A DNA stretch of 58,218 nt, filler included, from Sphacelaria rigidula (lineage: Eukaryota): the NCBI GenBank assembly GCA_964200075.2. It is 9 parts of 9 records of this genome, joined end to end, with 100 filler letters (N's around TTAATTAATTAA, not from the genome) between each part and the next. Parts side by side here need not be neighbours in the genome. Positions count along the whole stretch, not along the records: positions 45,361 to 51,739 come from CAXNAA020020440.1; positions 51,840 to 58,218 come from CAXNAA020020441.1; 7 more parts are not named here. One strand, written 5' to 3'. Both the position numbers and the translations under genes were made by a program. Below the pieces are notes generated by a model. It was not told the origin of the DNA. It saw only the letters and a list, made by a program, of their open reading frames with translations, and did no database searches. Shown piece after piece: positions 50,910 through 58,218 of the stretch. Positions within the stretch are counted from its first letter, which is position 1. Each line of letters begins with the position of its first letter.

Positions 50910-50975
50910 CCCCATGCATCTTTGAGATCGTGGCCAACACCGTTTTTCCCGCTTCTGAAAACGACTCAGGCACGA

Positions 50976-51016
50976 TGTACTCGTGATCTTGTATGCCGGA
51001 GTCAAAAGACCATTGA
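50976..51016 (-). mobile_element. Older 41-nt solo tail of the C-run retroposon
   Basis: TCAATGGTCTTTTGACTCCGGCATACAAGATCACGAGTACA on the minus strand. TSD not recognisable. Confidence 0.65.
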
Positions 51017-51084
51017 TGGGACATACGATCGACCACTGGATGCTATCAAAAATATATGTATCGATAGGCGCTGTTTTGACTCAC

Positions 51085-51246
51085 CTCGGCGAGATCCTTG
51101 ATAGCGTCTCCCAGTCCTGCATCCCGGCCTTGTCGCGCCATCTCAATGAGAACCTTCAAGGCCATGTAAACCCCGTCGTCCTGCATGTTGTTCTCCTTGA
51201 ACGCACCGTGTCCCGACGTCTCTATGGCCAGCTGGCAGTCTACACC
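51085..51246 (-). CDS. PMM/PGM-family exon (domain III sugar-binding loop): GVDCQLAIETSGHGAFKENNMQDDGVYMALKVLIEMARQGRDAGLGDAIKDLAE
   Basis: AIETSGHGAxKENxxxDDGxY motif. gttcgcag acceptor, gtgagt donor, 162 nt, phase 0. Confidence 0.93.
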
Positions 51247-51285
51247 CTGCGAACAAACGTATACCGTCGATTTCGGAGCAGGGGG

Positions 51286-51327
51286 TGTACTCATGATCAT
51301 GCGTGCCATAGTCATAAAGGCCATTGA
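51286..51327 (-). mobile_element. 42-nt solo tail of the C-run retroposon (intronic)
   Basis: TCAATGGCCTTTATGACTATGGCACGCATGATCATGAGTACA on the minus strand, flanked by a perfect 12-bp duplication CGGAGCAGGGGG (51274-51285, 51328-51339). Confidence 0.9.
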
Positions 51328-52217
51328 CGGAGCAGGGGGGTGGGGGGAGTTTCCGCCGCCGCACGCCCCCCCGCCACGTAGTCGAAGTCCACAGATCACT
51401 ACACCGAACGCATTGCGCGGGGGCGATACATAAGTACGACACAAAACATACTTCGTGTGGACACACACTCACGCACCGGTGACATGGAGGAATGCACGAC
51501 ACACAGCGAATTTTGGAACGAGCATGAGCACACGCGCGCACATGAAAACACAAATCAGGATGAACTGCGCACAGCAAATGCTGGCGATAGGACTGCAGGA
51601 CACTGGCCGGTAAGAGTAGCAGTAGATACACGCTGACATGATTGCAAGGGTCGGACAAATGATGAGTCGTCTGAAAATTACTTGGTTTTCGAATAATTGA
51701 TTCGAATCGTACGAATCCATCCCTAGGCTTTGTTTTCAGNNNNNNNNNNNNNNNNNNNNNNNNNNNNNNNNNNNNNNNNNNNNTTAATTAATTAANNNNN
51801 NNNNNNNNNNNNNNNNNNNNNNNNNNNNNNNNNNNNNNNAGTTCGCAAGTCGGGTTGCCCACTTGAGCCTCAATTCAGAGTTAAACCCCAATTCGCAGAA
51901 TTTGCTGTTATTTGTTCAATATTTTGTACTTGACAACATCAGGCCCTGCGGCAAGGTTTCTCCTTCGGTACGAGCAGAAGGACCAAGAAAAACGAAACGG
52001 CGAAATTACTCGGGAAGGTCTGCTTACAAAGTATCGAAACTCTTCAGAACAGAGACGCCGCATTCTCATGCGGCATTTGGACAACATGCAGACGCCTCCC
52101 GGACAAGACCCGGACGTGTTCATGACCAGCATTTACCAAATTCGTGACCAGCCTGTGTACATGGGTGAGTCTTTTTCTGATAAGCGCCTAACGGACATTG
52201 TAATCGAGGTGTTGGCT

Positions 52218-52416
52218 TCAAATGCGTGAGAGGACCGCATGCTTAGAGGACCGCATCATAGTTCGAAACACCACAGGATCGACGTTTCGCAGAACCAATC
52301 GAGCCCTGCAAGGACCACGCCCCGACCCCAGCCCCAACACTGACACTAACCCTGACCATGAAGATATTCGAAATGCGATGCGGTCCTCTACGGATACGGT
52401 CCCCTCACGCATTACA
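52218..52416. mobile_element. ~199-bp MITE carrying degenerate telomere-like hexamers
   Basis: TIR AATGCGTGAGAGGACCG / CGGTCCCCTCACGCATT with flanks GGCT/GACT. Excision restores the gag frame VLTEDY. Confidence 0.8.
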
Positions 52417-52795
52417 GACTGAAGACTACGATCAGATGAAGTACAATGCCGAGCGTGACCCCGACCGCAGCATTTCCGGTAGAGAAGTGACTGGGAGGAA
52501 CATGTACTCAAATCGTGTTCCACGCGGTATTGTGTCGAAAGGGGTGTGTGGTCGTGAGTCAGCCATGATAACGACATCGCCGCTTGAATCGTAAGCACCG
52601 TCTGCAAAACTCGATGGAAAATGTTATTCCTGTGGAAGACCAGGCCACCATATGCGTGACAGTCGTTTTGGAGGACAGTCAAACAACGGGAACAGGCCCG
52701 TAAAGTGGTGCGGTCTTCACCGCACCGATAAACATGACGATTTCGACAAGAACAACACCAACAACATCACCAACCTCAAGAACAACAATAACAAC

Positions 52796-52990
52796 TGCAA
52801 CGCGTGAGAGGACCGCATCGGAATTTGAACATCCCTATGGTTAGGGTTAGCGTTAGGGTTAGTGTTAGGGTTGTGGTCAGGGGCATGGTACCTCCAGGGG
52901 CTGACCCGATTGGTTTTGAAAAACGTCAACCCTGAGGTGTTTTGAATTACGGCGCGGTCCTCTAAGCACGCAATCCTCTCACGCATTACA
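52796..52990. mobile_element. Second copy (opposite orientation, ~195 bp) of the same MITE with a TTAGGG-type array at 52841-52882
   Basis: TGCAACGCGTGAGAGGACCGC...CCTCTCACGCATTACA; internal TTAGGG TTAGCG TTAGGG TTAGTG TTAGGG TTGTGG TCAGGG. Confidence 0.8.
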
Positions 52991-55688
52991 ATAACTATAA
53001 CAATAACAACAACATTAACAACAGTAACAACAACGGCAACAATGACAATAGAGTCAACAACGACAGCATCGACAATAGATACAATAACAACTTGGACGGA
53101 TATCAACGCCATGCAAACACGGTCACCATGGATCGTGCATTTACGATACCATCCAACATCCAAGTTCACGAAACTAACAGATCGGCAGCACTAACAGTTA
53201 CTGACATATGCTCGCCACCAAGCGGCATAGGCTTCACTTTTTTTGCTGATTCTGCAAATAAGAACAACACGCCCACACCGGTTCCTATACCATTCAAGAT
53301 GGTTTGTGAACTCGGGGCTAGCCACCACTACTTTGGCGATCAGCTGCTGCCCAATTTTGAGGAGATGTTTGACAATGTGAAACTTGATCTTCCCATGAGA
53401 ATTCTCCCAGCAGGTCACCATCTACATTTCAGAAGAGGGAAAGGGGTGCTTCAATTCATCGTCTGCGATCAGCAGGAAAATCAGCACTTCGTTCGCCTTT
53501 TAGCCATTATTGTTTCGGGCCTGGGAAAACATCTCTTCTCACCCGTTGAAGAATTGACGAAGGGTGTTTCAACTGTGTTTTCCGTCAACTCCCATGTAAA
53601 CTTTATAAACCTCGAAGTTTCAATACACACACCGACGAGAACAACTGTACGCTTCACTTCTTTAATATGAAGATAATTTGGGCCCCACCACAGCTCAATA
53701 CACACAAGGGGTCAGCACTAACGACTAAGGTAGTGCCCGGAGAATGTATGGGGATGGGCACAGCATTATCAGCAGCTGTATCTCCACCGAACATCAAACC
53801 GACAGGAGCAGTCAAGATAGCGGAACCACCGTCGACAGCTTCCGGCAGATGAGTGACAATAGCGTGCGATTCACCGGGGGAAACGAGAAAAAGTCAAAAT
53901 TACATTAAAAAGAGTCTTGTGGGTCAAGCCTGTAACTGCACACAACAGCATGGATACGAGACGAAAGCCGATTTTTTACGAAAAGAGCAAACGCGTCGAC
54001 TTCAACAGGCGTGGAGATTACGACAGGGTTACAGGAACTAAAGCTAACCCACGTTTTAGAACGAAATGGTCGACAACTTCGCGGCAGAAGAATCGCGATC
54101 ATCCTCCTCGTTGCCGCCATCATCAGCACCACCACCACCACCCACACCAGCAGTGGCATCGGCAGCAGCAGCAACAGCAGCAACAGCAGCAGCCCAAGGC
54201 ATTACACCAGGGCAGCTCCGACATCAAACTTATAGCATCAGGGTATATCATGTTGCAAAATCTAGAGGATGTAGCCTATATTCATTGTGCCCGAATGAAG
54301 TCGTTGCAACAAAAGATAGCGGTACAATAAGCTACGGTTCAACGAAACGACGAACCATGTCAGACCGTTTTATTCATTCGTATCCTGTTCACGGAGAGTA
54401 CCTCTTCTGTGTGGATTCATAGCTTACCTGTTTGAATGCGTTTTAAGTAGAACATTGCTAGAGTAGACGTGTTGCCATGATTTGTCAATGAAATATACTC
54501 TAGCAAAGTATTTAGGCCACTTAAGCTGTAGGATATTTGGTGTGCAAGTTTTCAGTTAATCTAAGCTGGCAAGGCTACCGCGTCAGCAATAGTGAGGTTA
54601 AATTGAAAAATGCGATTAAACCTTACGCAGGTGTAGCAGTGTTTGATTCTTCTTCCAGATTTGAGCATGTTTGTAATCGGTGGTTCCTACGGCCCTTGCA
54701 ATCTTCATTTCCTTAGCACTCTGCTTGCGAAAGAGATTGCTTGATTTTGTTTGGCCGAAGCAAAAAGCCCCCATCATCATTTTTGTCTTTTGGCTTTACA
54801 TCCGCTGCAGAAGCGAGTGGTTTGACTACCACTGCGCAACCTCTGCTATATTGCTGTCTCCGGGAAGGTAATCGGTTTGTTTCGAGAACAGTACCAAGCA
54901 CCACGAGCCACAAATATTCCCAACATAATTTATCAGAGAAATACTCGGCATCAAAAAAACACATTTATCAGTTCTGCAGCAGGTGCTAACTATCCCACCT
55001 GCACAAGTGGAAAGCGGGACGATTCAATGCCCCAGGATCATCGAGAGCAGAAGGCGAAGACCAGAAAATCCTCATCAGCAAGCACAATCACCATAACAAA
55101 CGAAAAATCACCCGCTTTTTCAGGAAGCATCCATCATTGACAAGCCAGCATCCAGAGGCACATCTTCAGCACACTTCAGCATGGCCAGAAACATTACTCT
55201 TTTCGGAGCATAGGACGAACTATAGCCTCACGTCACTTGAACTCTCCGGGATTAGTTTGAAACGGAACACTTCGTGCGACCAGATCGCCGTACTTCACCT
55301 TCCAGAATGTAGACACTACTACTACGGCAACTACGATCGAGTGAGGACACGGACTGAGGCGAGCAGCTACAACATCACCACCGAGAACGGACCGAACGAG
55401 ACCAACGAACGCTACTATAGCTACAACATCATTATCGCGCACGGATCCAGCGAGATAGACGAACGCCACTACAACACTACACAAGTTTAGCCAATTAGTG
55501 CTTGACTCGTAGCAGCGCAGTAAAACATGATACGTATATCCTTCTTATTGTTGACTGTACGCAAGTACCAGGAATGTTTCCTGAATATGGTTTGAGGAAA
55601 GACAGGCTGTACACCATAGCGCATGGTTGGCAAGCATGTCGAAACTGAGATGAAGTTTCGTTACTGTTTTTAATACTTGGGTCTGTAC

Positions 55689-57470
55689 TGTAGAGAAAGT
55701 ACCGTAGCAACTCTAGCATGAGGAGTACAGTAGCAGGTGGATATCAGGTTGGATATTGTGACCATGGGTTGAAGGATGATTATTATATGCGTAACATATT
55801 GTGTTTGCAGGGAGGGCAAAACAGGGATCACTTCTGATTTTACCGAAGATAGCTGTTCGTATAAATGCTTGAGTCTTGAAGTCTCTGGAGCCCTTGACAA
55901 GGAGGAAGCCTCCGGAGCAGCACTATGACCTTGCTCTAGTTTCATACAAGTCTACAATAAACGTTCATTGAGGAAACTTGTCGGTTTCTGAATGAGGTTG
56001 GTTGGAAGTCGCACCGCACCCTACAGTCGGTAAAACCCAAGGACGCTCGCGTTGGATAACAGAGGGAGGGAAGTGGCGGAGAGAGAGGCGCAGGCCACAC
56101 AAATTCAAGGCGACTGTGGTGACAGGAGGCAGTTGAAAATATAGCATCGCGAAGGGGAGCTGGCACCAGCGAGGAGGTTGATGAGGTGAAGTTTGGTGTA
56201 ACCGAGTTGCCTCTGGGTGGATCGTTGAAAGTGCCCGAATATGGACGCTTGTTCATTGAACAGGCCTCCAGACGCTTTTATCAAATGTATCAAGACAACG
56301 AGGAGGCGGTGGCAAGGAGTAATAAAGGCCGGGCGGTTAAGTAAGCACTGTTGTCCATGCAAGAGTTGGTGCCCAAGCACATTCAGAATTGCGTGTCTGA
56401 CGCCATCATTGACGGGCTGGCACTCGCAGAAGACGAACTGCAGCAAGGGATTGCACGCCACCCGAAATGCTGGACCGATATGGAAATCGATCCTTCCGAA
56501 GCTGCAGCAGGCGTGAAAAAGGCGCTTGCCGCATGATATGAATCAACTGCAATGGGTCGAGTAGAAGGGCAATGGAGTTCATGACAAGAGTACTTTGCGG
56601 AAATTGCGGGTGCGGGGTACGTTTTCCTTGAAGCTGACCGTACGTTCAAGACTGGTCAAGCACACATCATTACCAGAGCTATCGCCGGCCTGACCCCACC
56701 TGAGTTCAAGAATAATGTTCAAAATACGCTCTATATGAAGGGGGGCTGGAAATAGAGCCCGAGACTGGCGTATAAGGTAGCTATTTTTGTGGCGATTACA
56801 TGGGAGACTGTGGAGGACGTTGACAAACAACGTCACCAGCGACCGCAACTTTGGCAAAAGAGCGGTTCACAAGGTTCGAAAAAACTGACATTGTAGGCCG
56901 CGGCAGCGGCTGCGGTCGCCGTAACGGGTATTGGCGGTTCTAGCTCGAAAAAGCCTCAAAGACCTGGTCCCAGCTACAAAGGCTGATTTGAGTGTGGCGA
57001 TAAGGGTCACTACAAGAAGGATTGTAAGAAACAGAGCACACGTGCGACCACGGTGAGTGCGTCAGGTGGGCAAGCGAAGTCGCCACCGCCGCCGCCGCAA
57101 CAGCGGCAGCAGCAACAGGGCAATGGGCAAAGGGGAGACAGTAAGAGTCCTGCTCCCACAACTGCTGTTTTCCCAGTGGATGGAACGCAAGGAGGTACTA
57201 ACAGTCCTGATAGCATGTTGCCGCTCCAGCCTTCTGCTCCAGCTCCTGCACTTCGCCTCCTACTGCCGGCGGGACGGGTTCAGGAGTGGACATCTCAGAC
57301 AGAGCCGGTATGGCGGAGCTTGCACACTGCTGAGGTTGCAGATTTACAGGTTGAAAGCGTGGTAGCTGACAGCAAGCAGCGATGCTGCCGGGCAGATTTA
57401 TCTGTCCCTGGTTCCGCAGCGAAGAATGTATGCCCTGTCACTGCAGCTTGAGAATAGGGGGATGGCATCA
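55689..57470 (+). mobile_element. LTR (55689-55956) plus degenerate gag with zinc knuckle; relative of the 39650-41632 element, 3' LTR not evident
   Basis: TGTAGA...TCTACA termini and the same post-LTR motif as at 39904. Gag frame VPEYGRLF...HIQNCVSD...DG; *FECGDKGHYKKDC (56984-57025) is a CX2CX4HX4C with the first Cys mutated to a stop. Confidence 0.75.
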
Positions 57471-57510
57471 CTATGACTTCTAAAAAAGGTGGCTCTACGT
57501 AGCATCACTC

Positions 57511-58170
57511 TTTAATGAATCCCAACCCCTGTTGAAGCGCGTATATTAATTTGTTCTCGAACTCTGCGCCCTGGTCAGAGTAAAGCTTTACTGGGATGCC
57601 AAATGTCGTAAAAACTCTGTCGGTAAGGGTTTAAGCTATCGTCGTGGCTTATTTATTGGGGACTGGAATGAGCGAAGCATACTTTGTGAGGTGGTTTATT
57701 ACTGACAGTACATATTTGCATAGTATTCCGGCGTTGGACATTGAGGCCGTTTTTTATTCGACCAGGTCAACCCACACTCATTCATATGGCCTTTCTACCG
57801 GAACATGTCCCATTGGCAATTTTTGCCGGCGGGGCGTCTTTCGGCGCTGGCAACTTTGACATTTAAGCACCAATCCTTTGTATCGTGGTTCATTTATGGC
57901 CAATAATATTTCGGTCGGATCTTGTCGTATATTCGCTTGAATCCTAAGTGGCCCTCGGACAGTGTATGGTCGTGATTTGAATGTAGCACCAAACCTATCA
58001 GGATCTTAGGTAGCACAAGTTGGTCACAAACTGTGCTTCGTTTTTTTCAAGTGTCCCGGCAAGTCAGACTTGAATAGAATCCCGTCATGTACTGCGTAAT
58101 GTAACATCGATGTGATCGATTCCTTTTCTGGTAACGGAGCATCTTTTCCCGTCATATATTGGATGTAGGG
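57511..58170 (-). mobile_element. Degenerate Gypsy integrase, same family as 41890-42545
   Basis: The reverse complement aligns at nucleotide level (CCCTACATCCAATATAT, GAATCGATCACATCGATGT, AAAAATTGCCAATGGGACATGTTCC). Confidence 0.92.
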
Positions 58171-58171
58171 T

Positions 58172-58218
58172 TGCCGCGCCCCGGTGGTGTAATGTTCCGA
58201 CTGTCGCCATTAGGGTGG
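58172..58218 (+). repeat. Second tRNA-Gln-derived head, abutting the Gypsy pol fragment; truncated by the window end
   Basis: TGCCGCGCCCCGGTGGTGTAATGTTCCGACTGTCGCCATTAGGGTGG matches 5442-5488. Confidence 0.7.

Larger units (their letters stand above)
51905..53670 (+). mobile_element. Degenerate Ty1/Copia gag and aspartic protease, interrupted by two MITEs
   Basis: Gag-like LYLTTSGPA...GQDPDVF...LTEDYDQMKYNAERDPD, zinc knuckle CYSCGRPGHHMRDS (52622-52663), and protease-like MVCELGASHHY...GKG...IVSGLGKHLFS. Confidence 0.85.

Overview
This is eukaryotic nuclear DNA, most consistent with a brown alga or other stramenopile (inferred from short GT-AG exons in kb-scale introns, the gene families present and TTAGGG-type repeats). 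The window is not one locus. It is nine unrelated contigs sorted by length (1-6381, 6482-12861, 12962-19341, 19442-25821, 25922-32301, 32402-38781, 38882-45260, 45361-51739, 51840-58218), joined by artificial 100-nt N44-TTAATTAATTAA-N44 linkers, so synteny across linkers means nothing. Host genes are sparse: one DnaJ C-terminal exon, two in-phase exons of a CHORD-domain protein, the last four exons of a phosphomannomutase/phosphoglucomutase-family gene, and a damaged tRNA-Ala(CGC). The rest is largely transposon debris: Ty3/Gypsy pol, Copia gag-protease, gag-carrying LTR elements, a solo LTR, hAT-, Ginger- and foldback-type MITEs, and tRNA-derived SINE heads. Two observations stand out. (1) A non-coding retroposon family has eight copies on five contigs. 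It inserts at C-runs with variable target-site duplications, has a Penelope-like pseudo-LTR plus ~41-nt tail layout, leaves solo tails with a fixed 5' end, and carries a co-varying hairpin instead of a recognisable hammerhead. (2) Two divergent gag-bearing LTR elements share a palindromic, non-tRNA sequence at the primer-binding position. Most ORFs in the supplied track are spurious. All alignments and protein family calls were made by eye.
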